DNA of 64,000 bases. Source: Dehalococcoidia bacterium. GTDB taxonomy: Bacteria; Chloroflexota; Dehalococcoidia; Lucifugimonadales; Australimonadaceae. Position numbers and translations under genes: made by a program. This document shows, piece by piece, positions 36,898 to 46,041 of the stretch (position 1 is its first letter; each line of letters starts with the position of its first letter). The stretch covers positions 1,996,244-2,060,243 of the forward strand of contig OZ241740.1 of NCBI GenBank assembly GCA_965200975.1, given 5' to 3'. A model generated the notes under the pieces. The model searched no databases and had not been told where the DNA came from. It saw only the letters and a list, made by a program, of their open reading frames with translations.

Positions 36898-36936
36898 CCA
36901 GGGGGTCTGGGGGAGCGGACGCTCTCCCAGCTGCGC
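36898..36936 (+). repeat. solo REP-like hairpin (left-end type) between terminase and portal
   Basis: CCAGGGGGTCTGGGGGAGCGGACGCTCTCCCAGCTGC is identical to the left ends of the full elements. Confidence 0.9.
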
Positions 36937-37135
36937 CCCAGCCCTCACTATCGCCGCAGCAGCCGCGCCCCGAGCCACGCCCACCAGCTCGCAGCCCATG
37001 CAGCCCCTAGCGCAACAGCCTCCCACGGAAGCCCCAGATAACTCGCCGCCAGAACCGGCGCCAGCGGCGCCGCTCCCAGCGCCGCAAACACCGCGCAAAG
37101 CTCCGCCCCCGCCTTCACTCCGCCCTTCCCTCGAA

Positions 37136-38475
37136 TCACATCCACACCTCCATCGACGGAGGACTCATGAACGCAAGCGCCAGCGCGTCCGCCTTGTCCG
37201 GCGACGGCAGCCCCGCCTTTCGCAACTCCTCCTTGCTCACTAGCCGGATACGTCCTCCGCTCTCGATCCTGTACCGCAACGACAACAGCTGACCAACGAG
37301 CTCCGGGTCGTCCGGCAGCGCAATCTCCTCCTCCGCCATCCGGCGCCGCAACTCCCAGAAGATCTCCGCCCGCAGGTCCTCGAAACGCTCTTTCAGACGC
37401 GCCCGGCCTCCCGCCTGCACGCCGATCACCGGCGCCCCCAACTCCTTCAAACGGTCCACCACGCCGCCGCCGACCCCCGCCTCGTCCACGAACACCGCCA
37501 CCACCTCTTGCGCATTCACCGCCTCGTTCACTTCCGCCGCTATCCGCATCGTGTCCACTCCCCGGTACACCGCCATCCTCTCGACCCGCGGCCCCCGGCG
37601 CAGACACAGCACCGTCTTGTCGTTGCCGAACCGCGCAACGTCCCCCCCCCATAATCAGGAACGCCCCCTCCGAACGGGCGGCTCCCCGCCCCCAGCGCGC
37701 CACTGCCGCGTCCAACTGCTTGCGCGACACCAGCGAGTCGTCCAGAGCCTCGGGAAACTGCCCCAGCACCGCAATCACATACCGGGAGTCGTCCTCTCCC
37801 CACTCCCGCCGGCGCTCATCCACATCCTCCGGAGTCAGCATCCCCGGCACAGCGTCGGGGCGGCCCGCAACCAGGTTCGGCGTGTCGAACGCCGAGATCG
37901 CCACCCGCGAGTACAGCGCGCTCTTCGAGTGATGCGAGTCGTAGAACTCCCCCGTCAGCGACAACGGGTTGCCGGTGAACAGCAGCCGCTTCGGGTTCAG
38001 CCGCTTCAGAGCGTCGAGGTGGCCCTGCCCCACCGCGTGAGCCTCCGTAACCACCACCAGCAACTCCGGCGAGTGAAACCCCTGCAGGTTGTACGGATGG
38101 TCCGTCGCGAACCCCAGCGCAAACCGCTCGTCGTTCACCACGTACTTCGACGCGTGCATCTTCCCGCTCAGGCTTCGGCCAGCCAGCGCATACGCCAGCC
38201 GAAGCTCCCGCCACACCACCTCCTCCACCTGCCGCTGCGTCGGCCCCGTCACGATCGCCTTCGACTGCAAGCGCGTCTCTATCCACCACAGCACTACCCG
38301 GGCCGCAGCCCAGTCCTTCCCCCGATCCGTTGCATCCCACCACCGACACCCGCCGGTTCGCCGCCACTCGCTCCAGCACTTCCGACTGCTTCCCGTACGG
38401 TCTCCCTCCTTCCCCCAGCACATCCTCCACAAACCCCACCGGATCGTCCGCGTACTGCTCCAGCGCCAGCCCCAT
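37136..38475 (-). pseudogene. terminase large subunit, broken by two frameshifts in G-runs
   Basis: Three ORF pieces. 38475->~38322: ..VVGCNGSG. ~38320->37650: KDWAAARVVLWWIE...GFHSPELLVVVTEAH. 37648->37136: DVARFGNDKTV...VFVDEAGVGGG...SPDKADALALAF. Confidence 0.85.
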
Positions 38476-38503
38476 GAACCCTCCGCCCCTCAGCGTTCAG
38501 CCT

Positions 38504-38656
38504 TCAGTTCCGCAATCGCCCCTCCTCGCACCACGTGTGCTTGCAGAACGGGCACATGAGCACCGCATGCCCTTCCTCCGCAAGCCTGCTCAGCTCCCGC
38601 ATCCCCCGCGCAGCGCAGCGCGGACAGCGCACCTTCTCACGCACTACTGGAGGCAT
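38504..38656 (-). CDS. 50-aa zinc-ribbon protein
   Basis: RBS AAGGAGGGG plus ATG 38656: MPPVVREKVRCPRCAARGMRELSRLAEEGHAVLMCPFCKHTWCEEGRLRN (CxxC...CxxC). Too short for the ORF track. Confidence 0.5.
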   Translation of the reverse strand: MPPVVREKVRCPRCAARGMRELSRLAEEGHAVLMCPFCKHTWCEEGRLRN

Positions 38657-38915
38657 AACCTCGCCCCTCCTTTCCTTTCCCCCGCAGGGCTGCCGCGCCG
38701 GGATGCCCGGCTAGCCCGTGTCGGAGCTCCTTCCCTTCCGCCCGCAAGAGCTGCCCCACTTGGCAATCCTTACGACATGTTCTAGTATCCCTACTGTCAG
38801 ATTAATAACACTATCCCGCCACGGCCCGCCACCGCGCAACCGCCTTCTGTCGCGTCCCCGCGCCGACATCTCCCCGTTGCGCGCTCCCCCAAGCCTCGGA
38901 CAAACTCCAGGAAGG

Positions 38916-39287
38916 ATGCACGCCATGACCACCAGCCCCCAGAACGATCTCGCCGCCTTCCTCAAACGATGGCTCGACGACAAGAAGATGGCGCCCCTCG
39001 CCCTCTCCCGCAGGGCAGGCGTCCCTCACGCCATCCTCAGCGGACTCTTCAACCACGGCAACATCCCTCGCCCTTCCACCCTCCGAAAGCTCGCCGCCGC
39101 TATGGGCATCCCTGTCGGACAACTCCTCGTCGCCGCCAACTACCTCGACGAGGAGGAGTACCAAAACCCCATCCGCGAGACCGACCTCGCCCGCCTCTAC
39201 GAGATCGGCGACCTCACCTCCAACGAATGGGAACAGGTGCGCGACTTCGCCCGCTACGTCCGCGGCAAACGCCGGGCCGAGCCGTAA
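38916..39287 (+). CDS. XRE-family HTH regulator (cI-like)
   Basis: ..LALSRRAGVPHAILSGLFNHGNIPRPSTLRKLAAAMGIPVGQLL. Divergent from the structural genes. Start at 38916 or 38925. Confidence 0.8.
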   Translation: MHAMTTSPQNDLAAFLKRWLDDKKMAPLALSRRAGVPHAILSGLFNHGNIPRPSTLRKLAAAMGIPVGQLLVAANYLDEEEYQNPIRETDLARLYEIGDLTSNEWEQVRDFARYVRGKRRAEP

Positions 39288-39291
39288 CCCC

Positions 39292-39721
39292 TTGCGCGCC
39301 TTCCATCTCGGCAGAGCCATCGCTCAGCGCGAGGGCATCGACTACGACGCAGACCTCGGCCCGCTCCTCGCCAAACTCGGACTCGAGGTCATCCCCTGGC
39401 GCTTCGACGGACGCGTCCGCGAGTTCATCTTCGAAGGCGCCATCGGCGTCGAGGAATCACTCCCCGCCGACTGGCGCCGGTGGGTGACCGCCCACGCCGT
39501 CGGGCACCACCTGCTCCACACCGGCGCAAGCCTCTACCTCGCAACATGGCGGGGAGTCAGCCGGCGCAAGGACGAACGCCAGGCCGAAGAGTTCGCCGCA
39601 GGACTTCCTCGTCTCTCCCTCCGCCGCCGCCAACGCCGGCGAACTCGCCATCGCCCGTCGCTGCAACATCCCCCGCGAAAAAGCCCGCTGGCTCCTCGCC
39701 AACCTCCACAACCCCGCCTAA
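39292..39721 (+). pseudogene. ImmA/IrrE-like metallopeptidase, frame-broken and with HAxxH in place of HExxH
   Basis: ..WVTAHAVGHHLLH...QAEEFAAGL, then a frame change at about 39605 into LVSPSAAANAGELAIARRCNIPREKARWLL, stop 39719-39721. The rest of ORF 39292..40668 is antisense to tlyA. Confidence 0.65.
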
Positions 39722-39888
39722 CCACAATCCCCAAACCCCTCTCTCGCCCCCACTCCCCCACTCCAACCCCCGCGCTTTACCCCTCGCCGCGCTTTACCCC
39801 CCTCCCTCCCGCAGCGGGGGGAGGGTTGGGGAGAGGGGCAGAGAGGGGCAGCTCCGCCACTCCAACCCCCTGCGCTTTACCCCACAAC

Positions 39889-40674
39889 CTACGCCCGCAG
39901 CGCCACGAAAAACTCACGGTTCCCCGCATCCCCGGTCAGACGCGACGCGCGCACCCCCAGCACCCGCAGACCCTCGCCTATCCCCCACAGGCAGAATCCC
40001 CCCACAACCTGCGCATGCGTCGCCGGCGACCGCACAACGCCCCGCGCTCCCGCAGCGCCGCGGCCCGCCTCGAATTGCGGCTTCACCAGCACGACCGCCA
40101 AACCCGGACGCCGCAGGTGACGCAGCGCCTCCGGCAGCACCAACCGCAACGAAATGAACGAAACGTCCGCAACAACAAGGTCCGCCTGCTCCGGCAACTC
40201 GAACGGCGCCCGGGCGTTCACTCCCTCCCGAAACGACACCCGCTCATCCCGCCGAAGCCGCTCCGCCAGCTGACCCCGCCCCACGTCGACTGCATACACG
40301 CGCCGGGCGCCCGCCTGCAGCAGGCAGTCCGTGAACCCTCCCGTCGACGCGCCGACGTCCAGCGCCGTCAGACCCCGAACATCGATCCGGAAGTCCTCGA
40401 GCGCCCCCGCGAGCTTGTCCCCTCCACGGCCCACGAACCGCCGCCGCTCCGCCAGCCGCACATCGGCGTCCGCAGGCAACAGCTGCCCCGGCTTCTCGAC
40501 GCGTCCGTTGGGCAGCAGCGCCTCGCCGGCAAGAATCATCGCCCGCGCCGACTCGCGCGACCGCGCCAGCCCCCGGCTCACCAGCAGCTGATCAGCCCGC
40601 TCCCGCCTCACCCGCAACCTCCTCGCTGCGCCTGCTCCCCGAACTATAACGAGGAGAAGACTAGTTAGTATCAC
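39889..40674 (-). CDS. tlyA: TlyA-family rRNA 2'-O-methyltransferase (start uncertain)
   Basis: ..RADQLLVSRGLARSRESARAMILAG (S4) ...FVGRGGDKLAGAL...ALDVGASTGGFTDCLLQAGA. Confidence 0.88.
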   Translation of the reverse strand: MILTSLLLVIVRGAGAARRLRVRRERADQLLVSRGLARSRESARAMILAGEALLPNGRVEKPGQLLPADADVRLAERRRFVGRGGDKLAGALEDFRIDVRGLTALDVGASTGGFTDCLLQAGARRVYAVDVGRGQLAERLRRDERVSFREGVNARAPFELPEQADLVVADVSFISLRLVLPEALRHLRRPGLAVVLVKPQFEAGRGAAGARGVVRSPATHAQVVGGFCLWGIGEGLRVLGVRASRLTGDAGNREFFVALRA

Positions 40675-40814
40675 GCCGGCTGCGCCACGCCCCGGAAGCG
40701 CCCGTCCCGGCAGGTATCCCTGAACGCTGCCAACACGATAAGCTCTGAACCGATTCTGAGCAGACAGGAAGCCGCGCCCTCAATGCGAAACCCACGATTC
40801 TCCGGTTCTCCGGC

Positions 40815-41303
40815 TTGAGGATTCCCCCCTGCATTGCAGCCGCTGCGTCGGCGCTCGCCGCCCTCTTGCTCGCCGCCTGCTCGACTTCCTCTGACGGCGC
40901 CCCTCTCTCGCCGGCCGCCGCTGCCGGCCAACCCCTGTTCGCCGCAAACTGCGCGGTCTGCCACGGGATAGGCGGTGAAGGCCAGCCCGACTGGCACATC
41001 AAGCGGAGCGACGGCACGCTGCCCGCGCCGCCTCTGAATGGCGACGGGCACACGTGGCACCATGGGGACGGCCTGCTGTACCGCATCATCAGCCAGGGCG
41101 GGAGCATACTCGAAAGCCCCGATGTTCCCGGATTCAAGAGCGGCATGCCAGCCTTCGGCGACCGGCTCAGCCACGACGAAATCATCGCTGTGCTCGCCTA
41201 CGTCAAAAGCCACTGGAGCGGCAAGACTGTCAGGGGCCTCTCTATCAGTGAAGCGCAGGCCCTGGCAAGCGAAAACGACCCCTTCCCGCCCAGCGGAGGG
41301 TAG
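40815..41303 (+). CDS. lipoprotein c-type cytochrome
   Basis: Lipobox LLLAAC, heme motif CAVCHG, distal MPAF. Confidence 0.8.
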   Translation: MRIPPCIAAAASALAALLLAACSTSSDGAPLSPAAAAGQPLFAANCAVCHGIGGEGQPDWHIKRSDGTLPAPPLNGDGHTWHHGDGLLYRIISQGGSILESPDVPGFKSGMPAFGDRLSHDEIIAVLAYVKSHWSGKTVRGLSISEAQALASENDPFPPSGG

Positions 41304-41388
41304 CCAATTCGCCCACGCTGCCCCCGGCGCCGGCAGCGCCGCGCCTTCGGCGTCTCGCCCGCCCGACGCTTACCGCTCTCCCGGCGGT

Positions 41389-41418
41389 TTGACACTCAGG
41401 GCAAGCCGCCGGTATACT
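41389..41418 (+). promoter_or_regulatory. sigma70-type promoter of rpmH
   Basis: TTGACA (41389-41394), 18-nt spacer, TATACT (41413-41418). Confidence 0.6.
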
Positions 41419-41458
41419 CGCCACTCGTATATCGTTACCTCATTCGGAGATTTGCGTC

Positions 41459-41596
41459 GTGCCGAAACGCACTTGGCAACCCAAGAAACGGCGCCGTCAG
41501 CGGCGGCACGGCTTTATGGCCCGTATGCACACCCCGGGCGGACGCAGAGTGCTGAGCGCGCGGCGCCTCAAGGGCCGTCGCCGGCTTGCGGTCTAG
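41459..41596 (+). CDS. rpmH: 50S ribosomal protein L34
   Basis: GTG 41459 with GGAGA upstream: [45 protein letters not shown]. Too short for the ORF track. Confidence 0.93.
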   Translation: MPKRTWQPKKRRRQRRHGFMARMHTPGGRRVLSARRLKGRRRLAV

Positions 41597-41621
41597 ACCC
41601 TCCGGTTCGGCGCCTTCACCT

Positions 41622-42014
41622 ATGGCAGCCCAAACCATCCGGCGAGAACAACGACTCCGTCGGTTCCGGGACTTCAAAACCCTCCGCAAACGCGGCGCCG
41701 CCCGCGCGCACCCTTTGATCGTCCTCCGCGCCGCCCCCAACGAACTCCCCTACTCCCGCTTCGGCTTCGTCGTCTCCAAACGCGTCTCCAAACTTGCCGT
41801 CATCCGGAACCGCGTCCGCAGGCGCATGAAGGAGACCGTCCGGCGCCTCTCCTGGCCTGACGGCTGGGACTTGCTCATCATCGCCCGCGGCGGCGCCGGC
41901 GCAGCCCCCTTCAGCGACCTCCGCGACGCCATCGTGCGCCTCGCCGTGCGCCTCGGGCTCCTCCCCAAACAACCAGCAGCCCCCGCCCTCGCCGGAGCAG
42001 ACAGCGATGCGTAA
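41622..42014 (+). CDS. rnpA: RNase P protein component
   Basis: In-frame ATG 41622: ..[24 protein letters not shown]...[26 protein letters not shown]. Confidence 0.88.
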   Translation: MAAQTIRREQRLRRFRDFKTLRKRGAARAHPLIVLRAAPNELPYSRFGFVVSKRVSKLAVIRNRVRRRMKETVRRLSWPDGWDLLIIARGGAGAAPFSDLRDAIVRLAVRLGLLPKQPAAPALAGADSDA

Positions 42015-42261
42015 AGCTGCTCTCGCCGCCATAACCCTCTACCAGCGCGCCCTCTCCCCCTACATGCCCGGCGCCTGCCGCTACTCCCCCACCTGCTCGC
42101 ACTACGCCCACCAGGCCATCCGCCTCCATGGACTGCCAAAAGGCGCATGGCTCGCCGTCAAACGCCTCGCCCGCTGCAACCCCTGGGGCGGCATGGGTTA
42201 CGACCCTGTTCCCCTGCCCCACGCCGCCAACAACAACCACGCCGGCGTCAGCTCAGCCTAG
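42007..42261 (+). CDS. yidD: membrane protein insertion efficiency factor YidD
   Basis: ..[45 protein letters not shown]. Confidence 0.92.
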   Translation: MRKAALAAITLYQRALSPYMPGACRYSPTCSHYAHQAIRLHGLPKGAWLAVKRLARCNPWGGMGYDPVPLPHAANNNHAGVSSA

Positions 42262-42320
42262 CCGAGCCGGCCCGCTCCCGCTCAGGCCCCAGCGCCCGCG
42301 CGGGAAGCAAGGATGCACAG

Positions 42321-43487
42321 TTGAATCGGACCCTACCCCGCCCCGCTCTCCTGCGGGGCCCGCTGCTCGCACTCATCGTTCTGCTCGGCGCAGCCCTCCT
42401 CCTCGCCGGTTGCGCCCAGAACCGCAGCGCCGCAACCCAAAGCTGGTCAGGCGTCGCCATCTCCGACGGCACCCTCTTCGTCGGCACCAGCGGAGGTCAG
42501 CTCATCCAGCTCGCCGCCGACACCGGCATCGCCCGCTACGCCCCCTTCGACGTCCCTGAAGCCGACGACGGCCAGGGATTCCCCGCCCTCTACGGCGCCC
42601 CGGCTGTCGACGGCGGACGCGTCGTCGCCGGCGCCTACAACGGCGTCGTCGTCTCCGTCAGCGCAGACGGACTAGGCGCCCCTATCCGCTTCGAGATCGA
42701 CGGCAACCCCCTCACCAAAGGCATCGCCGGCTCCGTTGTCCCCGGCAACGGCGTCCTCGCCGTCGCCGCCTCCGAAGACGCCGACCAGGGCAGGCTCTAC
42801 GTCCTCGACAGCTCCTCTCTCACCGAAAACTGCCGCTACCCCGCCCGCAACGAACCTCCCATCGGCCAGCTGTGGACTACCCCCGTCGTACGAGGAAACA
42901 TCGCCTACTTCGGCGACCTCAGCCAGCGCGTCCACGCCGTAAACCTCACCGACTGCCGACCCGTATGGAGCCAGCCCGCCGAACTCGGCGGCGCCATCGT
43001 CGCTCTCCCCGCCATCGCCCGCGGCAACCTCTACGTCGGCGCGTTCGATCAGACCTTCTACGCCATCGACCTCGCCAGCGGAGGCGTAACCCGCCTCTTC
43101 AGCGCCGACAACTGGTTCTGGGCCGGCGCAGTCACCGACGGCGACCGCCTCTACGCCCCCAATATGGATGGCAACGTCTACGCCTACGACATCGCCGGCA
43201 ATAACGTTGTCTGGGCCTACCCCAACGAGACCGCCGAACCCATCCTCTCTACCCCCGTCATCGTCGAAGGCCAGCTCGTCTACGCCTCCGACACCGGCGT
43301 TATGACCGTCCTCCGCGCCTCCGACGGCGTCCGCGAATGGGACCGCCGCGTCGGCGACACCGTCCGCGCGCCAATCGCCGCCGACGGCGACATCGTCTAC
43401 CTCCACGCCCTCGACGAAACCGTCGCCGCCGTCGACCTCCGAACCAAACAACTCGCCTGGGAACGTAATCTGAACGACGTGCGCTAG
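42321..43487 (+). CDS. PQQ-like beta-propeller lipoprotein
   Basis: Probable TTG start 42321 with AAGGA upstream. Lipobox LLLAGC. Repeated ..G.LYA.D..tG...W.. blades. Confidence 0.7.
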   Translation: MNRTLPRPALLRGPLLALIVLLGAALLLAGCAQNRSAATQSWSGVAISDGTLFVGTSGGQLIQLAADTGIARYAPFDVPEADDGQGFPALYGAPAVDGGRVVAGAYNGVVVSVSADGLGAPIRFEIDGNPLTKGIAGSVVPGNGVLAVAASEDADQGRLYVLDSSSLTENCRYPARNEPPIGQLWTTPVVRGNIAYFGDLSQRVHAVNLTDCRPVWSQPAELGGAIVALPAIARGNLYVGAFDQTFYAIDLASGGVTRLFSADNWFWAGAVTDGDRLYAPNMDGNVYAYDIAGNNVVWAYPNETAEPILSTPVIVEGQLVYASDTGVMTVLRASDGVREWDRRVGDTVRAPIAADGDIVYLHALDETVAAVDLRTKQLAWERNLNDVR

Positions 43488-43552
43488 CATCAAGCCCCTC
43501 CCACCCAACGGGAAGGACGCCTGCACGCAGAAGGCAACAGCGAACAGCAACG

Positions 43553-44494
43553 ATGGAACTCCTCTCGCTCCTCTGGAACGAAGTCATCACCAAACCGATG
43601 ACCAATAGCCTCCTGGTTCTCTACGCCGTCCTCGGCGCCAACCTCGGCATCGCCATCATCGCCTTCACCATCATCGTCCGGGGCCTTACCTACCCCCTCG
43701 TCGTCCGCCAGCTCCGGCAGATGAAACGCCTCCAAAGCCTCCAGCCGCGCGTCCGCGAGATCAACGAAAAGCATAAGAACAACCCCCAGCTCCGCGGCCA
43801 GGAGACGATGAAGCTCTACCGCGAAATGGGCGTCAACCCCGTCGGATGCCTCGGCCCTCTTGTCATACAGATGCCCATCTTCATCGGCCTCTTCTGGGCC
43901 ATCAACAACGTCCTCCCCTTCACTCCCGAGAACCTCGCCGGACTCTCCAGCAAACTCTACGGATGGCTCCCCTTCCTCGACGCCATCGTCCCCGTCAACC
44001 GCAACTTCATCGGCCTCGACCTCGCCCTCGACCCTATGCGCGACGGCAGCGTCCTCGGCTTCACCCTCGTCGGCCTCTCCGGCGTCAGCATGTACGTCCA
44101 GCAAAAGATGAGCCAGGTCCCCTCCACCGACCCCTCTCAGCAAAGCACCCAGCGCATGATGCTGTTCATGTTCCCCGTCATGTTCGGCATGTTCAGCCTC
44201 TTCTTCCCTCTCGGTCTCGTCATCTACTGGGTCGCCTCTACGCTCATCGGCATTGTTATGCAATATTTCATCTCCGGCTGGGGCGGCCTCCGCTCCCAGG
44301 ACCAGCCTGCATCCCCCGCCCCCTCCAGGCTTGGCCCTTCCCTCAACCTTGCCCCGCCGGACAAGGAGCCAGGCGATGGAACACCCGCAGGACCGGAGCA
44401 TCGTCCGAACGGCCAAGACCGTGGAGGAGGCGATCGAGCTCGCAACCCTCGAACTCGGCGTCGGCCGCGACGAAATCGAGGTCGACGTCCTTAA
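43553..44494 (+). CDS. yidC: membrane insertase YidC (short form, basic C-terminal tail)
   Basis: ..IIAFTIIVRGLTYPLVVRQLRQMKRLQSLQPRV..MKLYREMGVNPVGCLGPLVIQMPIFIGLF. The 3' end overlaps jag by 119 nt. Confidence 0.88.
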   Translation: MELLSLLWNEVITKPMTNSLLVLYAVLGANLGIAIIAFTIIVRGLTYPLVVRQLRQMKRLQSLQPRVREINEKHKNNPQLRGQETMKLYREMGVNPVGCLGPLVIQMPIFIGLFWAINNVLPFTPENLAGLSSKLYGWLPFLDAIVPVNRNFIGLDLALDPMRDGSVLGFTLVGLSGVSMYVQQKMSQVPSTDPSQQSTQRMMLFMFPVMFGMFSLFFPLGLVIYWVASTLIGIVMQYFISGWGGLRSQDQPASPAPSRLGPSLNLAPPDKEPGDGTPAGPEHRPNGQDRGGGDRARNPRTRRRPRRNRGRRP

Positions 44495-45077
44495 CCCGGG
44501 TCGCGCAGGCATTCTCGGCATCGGCGCCGAATCCGCCAGAGTCCAGGTCCGCCTCATCGAAGGCGACGACGGCCACGCCCGCGCCGCTCTCAACATCATC
44601 ACCCGTATCCTCGACGCCCTCGACGTCGACGCCTCCTCCTCCATACTCTCCGCAGAGCCCGACCAGCCCTCCATCATCGACATCCAGGGCGACGACGCAG
44701 GGCTCCTCATCGGACGGCGCGGCGAAACCCTTCGCGCCCTCCAATTCGTCGCCAACCTCATTCTCAACCAGGGCGAATCACGCTCCGCAAGCGTCATCGT
44801 CGACGTCGCCAAATACCGCGAACGCCGCGAGCGCCAGCTTCGCGACGTCGCCCGGAGAATGGCCCAGCGCGCTATCAACAACCGCGCCAGCGTCGACCTC
44901 GAACCCATGAGCCCCGCCGACCGCCGCATCATTCACGTAACCCTCGCCGACGTCCGGGGCGTCCGCACCGAAAGCTTCGGCGAAGGCAACAGACGCGCCG
45001 TAACCATCTCCCCCACCGGCGAAATCCGCCCCTCCGCCGGGGGCGACCAGGCCCCCGGGAGGCGCCGACGCCGGTAG
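44376..45077 (+). CDS. jag: Jag/KhpB RNA-binding protein (Jag-N, KH, R3H)
   Basis: In-frame ATG 44376 with RBS AAGGAG. ..AKTVEEAIELATLELGV..DEIEVDVL...GRRGETLRALQ...ERRIIHVTL. Confidence 0.85.
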   Translation: MEHPQDRSIVRTAKTVEEAIELATLELGVGRDEIEVDVLNPGRAGILGIGAESARVQVRLIEGDDGHARAALNIITRILDALDVDASSSILSAEPDQPSIIDIQGDDAGLLIGRRGETLRALQFVANLILNQGESRSASVIVDVAKYRERRERQLRDVARRMAQRAINNRASVDLEPMSPADRRIIHVTLADVRGVRTESFGEGNRRAVTISPTGEIRPSAGGDQAPGRRRRR

Positions 45078-45156
45078 CAGCTCCTCCCAACCCGCCCTAG
45101 CCCTATGCCCTCCGGAGACGCCAACGCTAGGCAGTAGCCCCTCCTAACCCCGCCCT

Positions 45157-46041
45157 ATGCCCTCCGAAATCCCGCCAGAGTCAAAACCCAACGGCGACAG
45201 CCGCGACCCTGACCACGAGCGCCCCGCAGACCCGCCTTTCCGCCCCGCAGGCCTCCCGCCTGAGTCCCGCCTCGCCGACAGGCGCAAGCTCCTCCTCACC
45301 CTCGGCGCCCCCTACGCCCTCCTCCTCCTCGCATCGCTCGCCGCCTGGCCATGGCGCGCGCTCGACATCCCCGGCGTCATCGGAACGCTCCCTCTCCTCA
45401 GCTTCCTCTTCCTCGCCGCCGCCGTCGCCAGCTCCACCATCGCCCTCAGACGACGCCTCCCCCTCAACATGATCACCTGGCTCCCCGCCGGACAGGGCGC
45501 CATCGTCCTGCTCGCCACCGGACTCTTCGCCGCCGGCCCGCAAGACCAGCTCGCCGGCCTCGCCTTCCTCATCGCCTACGGCGTCATCTTCCTCATCGTC
45601 CTCGCCGTCTCCACCGCGGTCGCCTCCCATAGCGGCCCTCTCGCCATAAGCTTTATGGCCTTCTTCATCTTCACCCAGGCGGCGCGCTTCCCCGTATTCG
45701 AAGCCGACGCCCCCGCCCCGCTCGAACTAGCGACCGCCCTCACCGCCGCCGCCGCCCTCCTCGCCGCCGCCGAGATCGCCCTCATCGCCTGGCTTGCCCG
45801 GCGGCTCGTCGAAGCCGCCGACGTCTCCGCCATGCGCTCCGCCCTCGCCATCGTCGCGCTCGTCATCGCCCACGGCGCCCTCGCCTCCTGGCAAGACCCT
45901 ACCCTCAACGGCGTCCTCTCTCTTACAACCGCCGCCGAACAGTTCGTCCGCTGGCTCCTCCTCATCGGCATCCAGCTCGGCATGGCCGCCGTCCTCATCC
46001 GCTTCCGCCGCGCCCAAGTCCGCGAAATGGAGCAGGGGTAG
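45157..46041 (+). CDS. polytopic membrane protein, unknown function
   Basis: ORF 45157..46041 with about 7 hydrophobic segments. No family recognised. Confidence 0.5.
   Translation: MPSEIPPESKPNGDSRDPDHERPADPPFRPAGLPPESRLADRRKLLLTLGAPYALLLLASLAAWPWRALDIPGVIGTLPLLSFLFLAAAVASSTIALRRRLPLNMITWLPAGQGAIVLLATGLFAAGPQDQLAGLAFLIAYGVIFLIVLAVSTAVASHSGPLAISFMAFFIFTQAARFPVFEADAPAPLELATALTAAAALLAAAEIALIAWLARRLVEAADVSAMRSALAIVALVIAHGALASWQDPTLNGVLSLTTAAEQFVRWLLLIGIQLGMAAVLIRFRRAQVREMEQG

Larger units (their letters stand above)
27893..39721 (-). mobile_element. tail-less, integrase-less phage head module (degraded prophage or capsid-forming satellite-like island)
   Basis: Contiguous XRE, ImmA-like, Zn-ribbon, TerL, portal, protease, HK97 capsid and head-tail connector. 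No tail, lysis, replication or integrase genes. TerL and ImmA are frame-broken. Confidence 0.75.

Noticed and set aside
737-37010. Many long antisense or alternate-frame ORFs in the track (for example 737..1714-, 6206..7690-, 10094..11425-, 11511..13409+, 16719..18353-, 19358..21373+, 30611..32782+, 35808..37010+)
   Set aside because: They have Arg/Ala/Pro/Gly-rich composition typical of off-frame translation of high-GC coding DNA. Each overlaps a gene with clear family motifs on the other strand or frame.
39725-39890. att site or terminator structure at the right edge of the phage module (repeated ccactccaaccccc..gcgctttacccc, G/C-rich palindrome)
   Set aside because: There is a local direct repeat (about 39757 and about 39858), but I could not find a matching copy at the left edge (27804-27893). 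I cannot call it an attachment site.
39722-40668. Long C-terminal extension of ORF 39292..40668 (458 aa)
   Set aside because: Beyond about residue 105 the translation is Pro/Arg-rich low-complexity and antisense to tlyA. The real ImmA-like gene ends at 39721 in another frame.
41300-41460. Replication origin next to rpmH
   Set aside because: I found no DnaA-box-like TTATCCACA repeats or AT-rich unwinding region, and dnaA is not adjacent. Only a consensus promoter is visible.
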